Positions 52,667 through 64,000 of a DNA stretch of 64,000 nt are shown one piece after another. A program made the translations under genes and the position numbers. The stretch is from contig OX597818.1 of NCBI GenBank assembly GCA_951406725.2, positions 134,726,001 to 134,790,000 of the forward strand, written 5' to 3'. Within the stretch, counting starts at the first letter, position 1; each line of letters begins with the position of its first letter. Below the pieces are notes generated by a model. That model saw only the letters and a list, made by a program, of their open reading frames with translations. It was not told the origin of the DNA and made no database searches. This stretch comes from Octopus vulgaris. Its lineage: Eukaryota.

Positions 52667-53392
52667 CTCTAAAGCGTCCAAAATTTGATAAATTTGTCCA
52701 CAGAAAAGATGTAAAGAATTTTATTTTTTAATAACTCATTCTCGAATTGCCCCCTTGCTCTATTGGTATACAAAACATTGTGTACAAAAGGTATAAATTC
52801 AACATAACCCTATGCATACCTCACCAAAATATTACCATGTCCCACGTTGGGAATCATGTGTTTAATGGAAAAGTTAGAGTTTCTTCCCTTTCAGGGTTAA
52901 GTTATTTTCGGAGTGTTTTCCCATTATGCACCGTTTTGGGTATTTATACCCCAAAACCCTAAATATCTCAATAACTACGGGTCCGATTTATGTGCAACTT
53001 GTTCTATTCCATTCATATTCACATTTCAGGGGCACTTTACTTTCAAAGTAATTTCCTATTATGTGCCAATTTGGCTGTGTAACATTGCATGCAAGCAAGA
53101 TTGAACTTCACTTTTAATGTATTATAGATTTATTATTTATTTTTACTTGTGTCAATCATTTGACTGCCTCTTTGCTGGAGCACTACCTTGAAGGATGTTA
53201 GTTGAACAAATCAACACCTGGACTGATTTTTTTTAAAGCCTGGTACTTATTCTATTGGTTTCTTTTGCCAAACCACTAAGTTACAGAGATGTAATGACAC
53301 TAACACCAGTTTTCATGGAGTGGTGAGGGACAAACACAGAAATGAAGACACACACATAGATATGCATATATACAATGGGCTTCATTCAGTTT

Positions 53393-53700
53393 CATCATCA
53401 TCATCGTTTAACGTCCGTTTTCCATGCTAGCATGGGTTGGATGGTTCGACTGGGTTCTGGGAAGCTAGGAGGCGGCACCAGACTCCAGTCTGATCTGGCA
53501 ATATTTCTACAGCTCGATACCCTTCCTAACGCCAACCACTCCGTGAGTGTATTGGGTGCTTTTTACGTGCCAGGGGAGGCTGGCAGCAGCCACAAACAGT
53601 TGGTGCTTTATACGTGCCACCGGCCCGGAAGCCAGTCAAAGCGGCGCTGGCATTAGCCACGTTCAAATGGTGCTTTTTACATGCCACCGGCACAGGTATC
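53393..53700 (-). mobile_element. RTE-2 3' UTR nested in an older SINE A (53140-53885)
   Basis: catcatcatcgtttaacgtccg start, with family motifs. Confidence 0.75.
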
Positions 53701-54522
53701 ATAACTACAATTTCCATTTATCAAATCCATTCTTAACTACAATTTCCATCTATCAAATCCATTCACAAGGCTTTGGTCAGCCTGAGGCAATAGCAGAAAA
53801 CACTTGCCCAAGGTGCCATACAGTGGGACTGAACCTGGAACCATGTAGTTGAGAAGCAAGCTTCTTACTACACAGCCATGTCTGCAACTATTATCATAAA
53901 TTTTTGTCCAAAAATAATTTTCATTACAAATTATCAATTTTTAAACATTTCTAAAAATAAATTTCACAAAAAAATATAAAGATTTAAAGCAATCCATGTT
54001 CAAAATTTCGCCGGTATTTAATCAATTTTACAAATTGTATTTTTATTAAAGTTTTTTCATATTTTTCAAGCGATTTGCTCCCATCAAACCGTTTATTGCA
54101 AAACTGAAGTGTATTTTTCACTAACAATGTCTAAGGAGACAAAGAAAAATTAAAGACCCCAAGGTGTCCACGCGTTAAAAAAAAGAAGCTGAGAACCTCT
54201 GGATTAGACAACTGGTACAATCATCATCGAAACTGTCATTGGAGGGAATTATTTTTCGTTTTGTTTTGTGCTCTGTTATTTAACTTAATGCATTGAAAAT
54301 GCTTTTATAGTTAAGTCATTAAAGGGAAGTAACTATATCGGAGAGTTACTTCCCTTTCTATATCAATCACCCAAGTACCAAACTACGTAATGATAGTGGG
54401 AAATACAGTTGATTAAAACTCCTGAAGGCAGAGTTCCAGCATGGCCAGAGTCAATTAATTAAATTTTTTGTGACGGAGTAAAATATAAAATAAAATACAC
54501 TTGCTATAAAAGGAGTAAATCT

Positions 54523-55149
54523 GGATCTTTCTGGTTTGAACGGCAGTTTTTTTTAAATAAATGTAAATAAATCCAATCTGTTTCTTAAACAAGGGACATA
54601 TTCATACGGCACAGAATGTTTTTTCTACCTCAATGGACGTCATTGATTGGTTGAAATTGCAGAAATTGAAGAAAAAAAGCAACAAATATCTTACAAACAA
54701 TAGAATTTTCTCAATAAAGCCAAGAGAAAAAATGTTTTATAAACACATTCTACCAGTATATGAAGTTTAAAATGTTTTAGTTACCTAGAAATTATGTTAA
54801 AAACTGCCATTCAAACCGAAAAGATCCCATCTTTTTCTCTTGGCTTTATTGAGAAAATTCTATAGTTTGTAAGATATTTGTTGCTTTTTTTCTTCAATTT
54901 CTGCAATTTCAACCAATCAATGATGTCTATTGAGGTGAAAAACATTCTGTGCCGTATGAATATATTCCTTGTTTAAGAAACAGATTGGGTTTATTTACAT
55001 TTGTGAAGAAAAAGAGATACCCTTCCCCCTAACTAACCCTAACCCTAAAACAGATTGAAATGCAATAGATCGATACTAGGGTCATAATTATGGGTGACAA
55101 TTTCATATGACACCGCTAGAAAAAACTACCGTTCAAACCGAAAAGATCC
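54523..55149. mobile_element. Composite TIR element with internal inverted duplication and (CCCTAA)-like repeats
   Basis: TIR ggatctttctggtttgaacggcagtttt at 54523 has reverse copies ending at ~54828 and 55149. 54565-54735 is inverted at 54832-55002. Confidence 0.8.
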
Positions 55150-55258
55150 GTAAATCTTCAGTGGATTCTGAATGGAAACGATTTTATTTTATAGACAGGT
55201 TTAATAAAAAACACAAAACAATGCTCTAAAAAAACAATGGCTAAATGAAACAACTTAC

Positions 55259-55378
55259 CATAAGAATTTCTTTATCAGTAAGGTTTATAAATTTATCAAC
55301 ACAGCTTACATCATCTACGCAGTAGTTGAAAGGCTGCACAACTATTCTTCGGAGATGAAAGTTATAGATACAAGGAAA
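55259..55378 (-). CDS. NTAN1: NTAN1 internal exon, 120 nt, phase 0/0
   Basis: tttcag|FPCIYNFHLRRIVVQPFNYCVDDVSCVDKFINLTDKEILM|gtaagt. Equivalent to MISIYD...IGPYSW...DDKQILE. Confidence 0.87.
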
Positions 55379-55749
55379 CTGAAAGTACATGTACAATACA
55401 TACTAAGATCAAAATGTTACTTAAATATCAGTGCAAGCTGTCTCATAATAATTCTTTCTACTATGGGCACAAGGCCTGATATTTTAGGGCATGGAGGTGG
55501 TGGGCAAGTCCATTACATTGACCCCCAGTGCTCAACTGGTATTTAAGGATGAATAGCAAAGTCAACCTCAGTAGAATTTGAACTCAAAACATAAAGACAG
55601 ACAAAATGCTGCTAAGCATTTAACATATGTCTATGCAACAATCATAACAAGCAAACACAAGTCATATGTAAATAACAGGCGTAATGCATTTACACAAAAG
55701 TTGCAAAGCATCTACAAAGTAGTCATAGCATGTGTACACAACAGCCGGG

Positions 55750-56140
55750 TGGAGGCGCAATGGCCCAGTAGTTAGGGCAGCGGACTTGCGGTCATAGGAT
55801 CACGGTTTCGATTCCCAGACCGGGCGTTGTGAGTGTTTATTGAGCGAAAACACCTAAAAGCTTCCACAAGGCTCCGGCAGGGGATGGTGGTGATCCCTGC
55901 TGTACTCTTTCACCACAACTCTCTCTCACTCTTACTTCCTGTTTCTGTTGTACCTGTATTTCAAAGGGCCGGCCTTGTCACTCTCTGTGTCACACTGAAT
56001 ATCCCCGAGAACTATGTTAAGGGTACACGTGTCAGTGGAGTGTTCAGCCACTTACACGTTAATTTCACGAGCAGGCTGTTCTGTTGATTCGGATCAACCG
56101 GAACCCTCGTCGTCATAACCGACGGAGTGCTTCCATCCAT
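55750..56140 (+). mobile_element. SINE family B
   Basis: Full-length copy with TSD acacaacag. Confidence 0.88.
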
Positions 56141-56334
56141 CCACACAACAGTCATAACATGTCTTTACAACAATCATAAGTTGACATCAGACTATGATGA
56201 TAAAACCAAATGAGCAGTGTTCTGAGACCAGATGGTCAGGAAGGAAGCTTCTTAATCAAAGAGGTCACTTGTTGAAATCAATTTTTTTGTTTTTCAATTG
56301 AAGAAATTTGAACAATGCTTACTTGCATGAATGT

Positions 56335-56740
56335 GCCAGCTAACTGGCTTCTGTGCTGGTGGCATGTAAAAAGCACCATTCAAGTGTGATCATTACCAGT
56401 GTCAACTTACTAGCACTTGTGCCTGGTGGCACGTGAAAAATTATTCGAGTAAGGACGTTGCCTGTGCCGCTGGACTGGCTCCTGTGCAGGTGGCATGCAA
56501 AAAACACCATTTGAGCATGGCTGTTGCCAGTACCACCTGACTGGCCCTTGTGCCGGTGGCACATAAAGGCACCCACTACACTCTCAGAGTGGTTGGCGTT
56601 AGGAAGGGCATCCAGCTGTAGAAACACTGCCAGATCAAGATTGGAGCCTGGTGCAGCCATCTGGTTCGCCAGTCCTCAATCAAATTATCCAACCCATGCT
56701 AGCATGGAAAGTGGACATTAAACGATGATGATGATGATGA
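56335..56740 (+). mobile_element. RTE-2 3' UTR
   Basis: Family motifs and (GAT)n tail. Confidence 0.75.
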
Positions 56741-56871
56741 CACCATATAAAAGACAAAACTTGCACACAAATAAATTTCTGCACACATCTACTGCAAAAG
56801 ATTGGAGGAAACATTGCATGGAAGATTGACTGGAAATAATGTTGTATTTTGAAATTAGAAAGTCAACTTAC

Positions 56872-56975
56872 AGAATCCTGCCAATCAAACATTCTCATAG
56901 CATTTCTTAATGGATAATCAGGTCCTCGATCTACAAATGTGGCAGGAAATATTTCTCTATGTTTCATATCCACCC
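56872..56975 (-). CDS. NTAN1: NTAN1 internal exon, 104 nt, phase 1/0
   Basis: ttacag|(G)VDMKHREIFPATFVDRGPDYPLRNAMRMFDWQDS|gtaagt. Contains the A-x-F-x-DRGP-x3-LR-x-A motif. Confidence 0.92.
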
Positions 56976-56978
56976 CTG

Positions 56979-57062
56979 TAATAATAATAATGAAATTATT
57001 GTATACAGTGCTCAGGTGCACCACAACTTGTCAAAAGTGCGAATAAAGTATATGCAGTGATG
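56979..57062 (-). mobile_element. CR1 3' stub abutting an NTAN1 acceptor
   Basis: Same sequence as 48225-48310. Confidence 0.8.
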
Positions 57063-57284
57063 TAATATAAATGCAAACAATATTTATCTAAACACGAGTA
57101 AGTATAGTTTTAAAGACACAAGGAAAAATTGAGATTTTTCAAAGTAAAATTTCATCCTTTAATCCACACAGACATGTAAAACTGAGAATAATAGAGAGAA
57201 TATCAAAATATGACAAAAATTCTGAAACATATTTTTGGATCAGTGTCTTCTTCATGAAGAAAAGTAGAACACAAACATGCAAAG

Positions 57285-58098
57285 AATGAAGCCAGTATGC
57301 TCTGCTGAATGTGTAATGTCAGTGAGCATACATGACAAAGTGTAAGTGCCTTGAGAGAAAAGTTGCACCTAAGAAGCATCAGATGTGGTGTGCAAGAGAG
57401 ACGACTGTGCTGGTATGGTCATGTGGTGAGAATGAATGAGAATAGCTGTGTGAAAAAGTGCCACACCCTAGTGGTTGAGGGAACCTGTGGAAGAGGTAGA
57501 CCTGGGATGAGGTGGTGAAGCACGACTTTCAAATGTTGGGCCTCACTGAGGCAATGACTAGTGACCAAGACCTTTGGAGATATGCTGCACTTGAGAAGAC
57601 CTGACAAGCCAAGTGAGACCATAACCTGTGGCCTATGCCAGTGGTGTATAACCAGCCCAGTTATGAACAGCCTTCATTCATTGGACAATAAACTTTGCTT
57701 GCAAAGACCTGTTGAGGCAAGTGAAATCAAAATCACTGATATGGCCGATGACAGTACCGCCTGATTGGCACTCATGCCAGTGGAATGTTAAAAGCACCAT
57801 TCAAGCATGATCTTTGCTAGTGTCACCTTACTGGCACATGTACCAATGGTACATGAAAAACAACATTTGAACGTGGTCATTGCCAGTGCTGCCAGACTGG
57901 CTCTCATGAGGTGGCATGTAAAAGCAGCCACTACACTCTTGGAGTGGTTAGTGTCAGAAGGAGCATCCAACAGTAGAAACTTTGCCAGATCAGATTGGAG
58001 CCTGGAGCAACCTTCTGGCTCACCAGTCCTCAGTCAAACCGTCCAACCCATGCGAACATGGAAAGCAGACATTAGATGACGATGGTGATGATGATGAT
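57285..58098 (+). mobile_element. RTE-2 LINE: ORF2 C-terminus plus 3' UTR
   Basis: LREKLHLRSIRCGVQERRLCWYGHVVRM...VEGTCGRGRP...DLWRYA, followed by the ggtggca-repeat UTR and (GAT)n. Confidence 0.82.
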
Positions 58099-58366
58099 TT
58101 GTTATTATTGTTTAGCCCAAGTCAACCTTAATCCAGTATGCTTATGATCAAAGGAATTCCCGTCATGACCATTTTATCTTCAATATTTTTCAGTTAAGTA
58201 TAAGTGTATCTATGACAATAGTATTTAGTGTTCTTTAGTTGTGATTTGAGGGAGATTTGGCTTGAAGCAATTATGTAGAGGTTTTCCTCATTGTCTCATT
58301 AGAGTAAATACTATTAGAAATATGTGCACACACACACACATAAATATACATCATAAATATACGTAC

Positions 58367-58420
58367 CAAGACCATAGATTACAGGGAAAGGTGTACCTTC
58401 TTTCATAACAGTGTTCATAT
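58367..58420 (-). CDS. NTAN1: NTAN1 internal exon, 54 nt, phase 1/1
   Basis: atccag|(D)MNTVMKEGTPFPVIYGL|gtacgt. Contains the FPVIYG motif. Confidence 0.92.
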
Positions 58421-58707
58421 CTGGATGATAAAGACATGGTATTAGAAATAATTATCATAAACATGTATTACAAACTATTAAATGTATTACCTGGATTTTA
58501 TTTACCACCTTTTGGGCTGGAACCTCCTCCCAAACCTCACACATACAGGTGTCACCCACATACATTTAGAAACCTCATATGAAACCTACACTACCACCAG
58601 GAACAGAGAGCTAATCTTCTGATGGGTCAGTGACAATCTGGTTTATTTCAGCATTACAGGTACAATTATTGCACAAATCCAGGTAACAATCTTTTAGTTC
58701 TAGTCTT

Positions 58708-59050
58708 GGGAAGCACTCCGTTGGTTACGACGACGAGGGTTCCGGTTGATCCGAATCAACGGAACAGCCTAACGTGTAAGTGGCTGAACACTCCACAGAC
58801 ACGTGTACCCTTAACATAGTTCTCGGGGATATTCAGCGTGACACAGAGAGTGACAAGGCCGGCCCCTTGAAATATAGGTACAACAGAAACAGGAAGTAAG
58901 AGTGAGAGAAAGTTGTGGTGAAAGAGTACAGCAGGGATCACCACCATCCCCTGCTGGAGCCTTGTGGAGCTCAATAAACACTCACAACGCCCGGTCTGGG
59001 AATCGAAACCGCGAGTCCGCTGCCCTAACCACTGGGCCATTGCGCCTCCA
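58708..59050 (-). mobile_element. SINE family B
   Basis: Reverse copy with TSD agttctagtctt. Confidence 0.88.
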
Positions 59051-59234
59051 CAGTTCTAGTCTTAGACAATACACAACCAAAGTACTCAAAGCCTATAAAC
59101 ACTAACTTTGGCAAATCTTTCTTTGTAACCCACACCAACACAACACAACTAAAACAGCATCTCAAAAAACTAAGCTTCCTCTTCGTGACCAACAAATACT
59201 TCACCTTTGAATGTTTGGTGAGACTTTATAAGTT

Positions 59235-59725
59235 CGTCCCGCTGTGCTTGAGGAGACCTGTTGAGTCAAGTACATGAACATGAACATCGAAATGAATATC
59301 AATGGAAATAGTAGTTGTGATACCTGTGGCGGTGGCACATACAAAGCACCATCCGTACGTTGCCGTTGCCAGCTCCGCCTCGACTGGCTCCAGTGCCGGT
59401 GGCACATAAAAAGCAACATCCGTTCGTGGCCATTGCCAGTGCTGCCTTGGCTGGCTTCCGTGCCGGTGGCACGTTAAAATCGCCAACCGATCGTGGCCGA
59501 TGCCAGACCCCTCCTGGCACCTGTGCAGGTGGCACGTAAAAAGCACCCACTACACTCGCGGAGTGGTTGGCGTTAGGAAGGGCATCCAGCTGTAGAAACT
59601 CTGCCAGATCAGACTGGAGCCTGGATGCAGCCTCCTGGCTTCCCAGACCCCGGTCGAACCGTCCAACCCGTGCTAGTGCGGAAAACGGACGTTAAACGAT
59701 GATGATGATGATGATGATGATGATG
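59235..59725 (+). mobile_element. RTE-2 3' UTR
   Basis: Family motifs and (GAT)n tail. Confidence 0.78.
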
Positions 59726-60341
59726 TAAAACTTACAAAAAAGCACAGCATGTTCCTGGACAGTGTTTCTGCAAGACCCACTAAGGTGTACAACAACAGCT
59801 TAGATAGTGGCTGCTGATACACTCAGAGACATTCCAGACCACATCCAAAAGAAGGCCATCCAGTTGATTGTCAAAAATTCATTTGCCAACATACTACAAC
59901 CTCTGGTTCTGCGACTATACTGTCTTCTTTCTCTGCCCATTCTACAGCTACAATAACATCTACTCCTCTGAATTACCTAGGTTACCACACTGCTTATTAT
60001 CAAAGACAAGACTCACTCACCATCACACTGTGTCTCCTCTCTTTGTCTATTCTACTGCTACTATAATCGCTTCTGCTCCTCTGAATAAGCTAGTTATATA
60101 TATATCACCTCCACACACACATTTGATACACTTGTCTTTTCTTTCATCATTCTGTGTTGTGCCTCACTCTCAGATTCAACACTAACGATTATACACAATC
60201 CTTTCTGTCTAATGCATCATTCTTCTAAAGTGACCACACACCCCACTTCTAGACCAGGAGGGTCTGCAAAAGCCATGAGTATAGTCTCTCCTCCAGCCTA
60301 AATTATTAAGAAAATTATTAAGAAAAATCAAACAGTTTTAC

Positions 60342-60395
60342 CTGAGATTGTTGCACACATGAGATGGACATCTTGGGGATGACTGTTGAACTCAT
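60342..60395 (-). CDS. NTAN1: NTAN1 internal exon, 54 nt, phase 1/1
   Basis: tttacag|(Y)EFNSHPQDVHLMCATIS|gtaaaa. Equivalent to EFDRQEDDIHLVTLCVT. Confidence 0.88.
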
Positions 60396-60721
60396 CTGTA
60401 AAGAAGCAAGTTTTGTTAAAGCAGCTATTGTGTGTGTGTGTGTGTGTGTGTGTTTGTGAGAGAGAGAGAGGGAGAGAGGGAGGCAGTGCAGAAAGGATGT
60501 GATTAATGGAGAGAGTAGGCAGGGGAAGATAATGGGGGATGGAAGTGGTTCAGGGTGAGGAAGAAAGATAACTGAGAAAGCCAAAGGATGTAGTAAGTAC
60601 CAATTCTTCTGCCAGGTGATAGAGAAGTAATGGGTGTTAGGGCATGAAATGTGAAGGGGAAAGACTGATGGAGCAGAGCCCCTCATGGACAAGCTTTACC
60701 ATGGTGGGTTTAGGATATTAA

Positions 60722-60941
60722 CCCTTCCGTTACTGTATTTATTTTGAGATGCTCTGTGTTTCTTTCAATTACTTTATATATAACAAAGAATTTAGTAAAA
60801 TAACTTTGTTATCATTCAGCTAGTGTTAGGAACATAAACTGTGATTAAGGTTTGGTGGAAGATTTTAATTCAAAACTTATGAAAACAAGACATTTGTAGT
60901 CAGAGCCTGAACCGGTTTCAGCCGGGTTGATAATGAAAGGG
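60722..60941. mobile_element. piggyBac-type MITE
   Basis: TTAA|cccttccgtta ... taatgaaaggg|TTAA. Confidence 0.78.
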
Positions 60942-60959
60942 TTAACTCTGCTGTGATTT

Positions 60960-61290
60960 GCAGATCTTCTTGAGTACAGCAAGGTGCCAGATATCTCAGT
61001 CTTTGTCATTTCCTTCATAAGGTCCTGCATTTTAAAAGCAACCATCAATATTTCATCCCATATTTTCCTGTGTCTCCCTCTTCCACAAGTTCCATCCACT
61101 TTAAGTGATCAGTACTTCTTTATGCAAATGTCCTCATCCATACACACATCACATGACCAAACCAATGCAGTCTTCTCTCTTGCACACGGCATCTAACTCC
61201 TCTTATGGGCTAACCTCTCTCTCAATACACTATTGCTTTGTTACACATGTACACTGACATTGCACATCCAGAGGAGAGGAGTATGCCAGC
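60960..61290 (-). mobile_element. Degraded RTE-2-like ORF2 C-terminal fragment
   Basis: DGTCGRGRHRKIWDE and WFGHVM on the minus strand. Confidence 0.65.
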
Positions 61291-61713
61291 TTCATTCCTC
61301 TGCATTCAGGGCCCCACATCTCACAACATTGTGGTATTGACGTTTATATATATTCATCATACAATCTTCCTTTCACTTGGAGAGAGAAAGAGAGAGATCT
61401 TTGGTAGCCAACAAAGGTAAAAGGTCTCTCAACTTTCTCCATCCTATTCTTATTCTAGCAGTTACACTTTCAGTGCATACTCCTCCCTTGTTAATTAGAT
61501 CGTGCTCACCTTGAATGCCAGGTAACAGCTAGCAGGACAGAAGATAAAAGCACTTCCAGATCCTATGCACTCAATGAACTAATGATGTGTGTGTGTGTGT
61601 GTATGCATGCATGCGTGTGTTTGTGTGTGTGCATGCACATGCATGTTTATGATGAACAACATTTTCTTACAACCATTACTCAAAAATGTTTTTGATAGTA
61701 TAAGTGAACTTAC

Positions 61714-61787
61714 ATAACAATTCATCAGAAATCTGAGAGGATATTCTTTTTTCATCGTTAAAACCACCAGCTAATGTGAGTTCAAAC
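61714..61787 (-). CDS. NTAN1: NTAN1 internal exon, 74 nt, phase 2/1 (upstream exons outside the window)
   Basis: ttttccag|(x)FELTLAGGFNDEKRISSQISDELL|gtaagt. Contains the GGFxD motif. Confidence 0.92.
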
Positions 61788-61899
61788 CTGGAAAATAAGA
61801 TATTATTTATATGTAAAGAAAGTGTAAAGACACAGGCATGACTGTGTGGTGAGAAGTTTGCATCCTAACCACATGGTTCTGGGTTCAGTCCCACTGCAC

Positions 61900-62470
61900 T
61901 AGTGATGGGGACATTATGCATCCATTCATCTTCCCACACGGCCCCAGACTCAACACACATGCCAACATCAAGTGCCTGAAGGAGGTACTGCTGCCCTGGG
62001 TCAAGAGTGGGGCTGCTGGAGGACCCTATGTCTGGCAACAGGACCCTACACCATGTCACACAAGCAGGAGAACCTAGTCATGGCTGTTAGACAATTTCTG
62101 CAACCACGTCACCCCTAACATCTGGCTACCTAACTCCCCAGACTGCAACCTCCTTGATTATTATGCGTGGGGCATAGTTGAGCAAGAGACCAACAAAACT
62201 CCTTGCAACACCAAAGATCAACTGAAGGCAAGGATTTTGGCAGCATTCACCAACTTAAACAAGCAGACCATCCAGAAGCGTTGCAGGAGATTCTGAAGTC
62301 ATCTGGGGGCCATGGTTGAAGCCAATGGCAATTTTATTGAATAAATTTACTCTTTAGCATTTCAAGATATTTTTATGTAATTTTGGTAAATATATCTGTT
62401 AAAATGAGATGTCAGTATTATTTTCATTTTTGCATAATATAGACTGACAGTTTATACACCGCACCCTGTA
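61900..62470 (+). mobile_element. Tc1/mariner-superfamily transposase C-terminal relic
   Basis: PYVWQQDPTPCHTS...WLPNSPDCNLLDYYAWG...VEANGNFIE*. Ends caccgcaccctg|TA. Confidence 0.8.
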
Positions 62471-62679
62471 TACACACACACTCTCACACACACATAGCCA
62501 TATATATGTACATGTAGAAATATAAATACATGCACATGTATCTCCATGTATGCCTGTATACATACCCTCACCCAAAGCCTAGTTTATACAGACTTACATG
62601 CTGGTGTATATATGTAAACTCACCAATCCATATACACCCAGCTGTATACATAAAGTTAGTTACCCACACTTACATACAT

Positions 62680-62845
<166 letters not shown>

Positions 62846-63518
62846 AATTATAGAGCTTTTAGATAATCATACTAATATCTGTCCCCCACCAACCAGCCCA
62901 GCTGTCGTTTCTCTCTGTCTGTTCTACAACTATAGTTAGTACAAATAGTCACTCACCAACACACTCCAAGCACTGACCTCATACACCGCTAGCACCCCTC
63001 TCTCAGCTTGTTGCTCTACTACTACCATCAACCCCACCAGCACCAACATCACTACTACTTCTACTACTCCTACTACATGTAGTCACTAAATAACACCCTC
63101 TAATACCCAGTGGTGGGGATACAGACAGCTGTCTCCTTTCTCAGACTGATCTACTAGCAATACTACAGTAATATCTGTTCCTAAAAGATGGTTGATCTCA
63201 TGCCATCTGCACTCAGATTCACTTGACTCTCCTCCCCCCATGTCCCACATAAAGTGTCCCCACTGCCACCACCACCAGTAGGACTGCATTAAGCAGTGTC
63301 CAGGCCTTCCTCCCCAGATATCATCCCAGTTCATATTTTTCATGCAGCCACACCAACTTGATGTCATTCAAAAGGGATACCAACTGCATTAATCTTTTCA
63401 GTCTGAGAAGATTTGTGATGGCTATAGGGCTCGGCTATTTCCTCCATACTATATCTTATAGATAAAAGGTCAAATCGGTTCCTAACTGAAGCCATTTCTA
63501 TCCATTTGTCACTAATAT

Positions 63519-63726
63519 ACTCTTTTACTTGTTTCAGTCATTTGACTGCGGCCATGCTGGAGCACCGCCTTTAATCGAGCAACTCGACCCCAGGACTTAT
63601 TCTTTTTGTAAGCCCAGTACTTACTCTATCGGTCTGTTTTGCCGAACCGCTAAGTGATGGGGACATAAACACACCAGCATCGGTTGTCAAGCAATGCTAG
63701 AGGGACAAACACAGACACACAAACAA

Positions 63727-63771
<45 letters not shown>

Positions 63772-63938
63772 TACGGCAGGCTTCTTTCAGTTTCCGTCTA
63801 CCAAATCCACTCACAAGGCATTGGTCGGCCTGGGGCTATAGCAGATAACACTTGCCCAAGATGCCACGCAGTGGGACTGAACCCGGAACCATGTGGTTGG
63901 TTAGCAAGCTACTTACCACACAGCCACTCCTGCGCCTA
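63519..63938 (-). mobile_element. SINE family A
   Basis: Full-length reverse copy. Confidence 0.88.
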
Positions 63939-64000
63939 TATAGTAATATAGTAATAAATTTTTTGTGTATAGTGCTCAGGTGCACTACAACTCATCAAAG

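Noticed and set aside
55026-55047. Interstitial telomere
   Set aside because: There are only about 3 imperfect CCCTAA units, internal to a TIR element.

Overview
AT-rich, extremely repeat-dense animal genomic DNA. The SINE/LINE families and microsatellite load suggest an octopus or other coleoid cephalopod (inference, no database used). One host gene is supported: the 3' six coding exons of NTAN1 (protein N-terminal asparagine amidohydrolase, N-degron pathway) on the minus strand at 61787..43252. All six exons have GT-AG junctions with matching phases, and the ORF track catches only the last one. The 5' exons lie beyond the window. The rest is a decayed tRNA-Ser(CGA), at least four SINE families, RTE and CR1 LINE fragments, a Helitron helicase relic with non-autonomous partners, hAT/Tc1-mariner/piggyBac-type relics and MITEs, and micro/minisatellites. 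Almost all listed ORFs are repeat artefacts. I do not see a convincing new multi-gene system. The most interesting observations are structural: a LINE tail inside an NTAN1 3' splice site, inverted repeats bracketing NTAN1 exons, a head-to-tail Helitron dimer, templated mosaic insertions, a decayed minimal hammerhead and a higher-order minisatellite.
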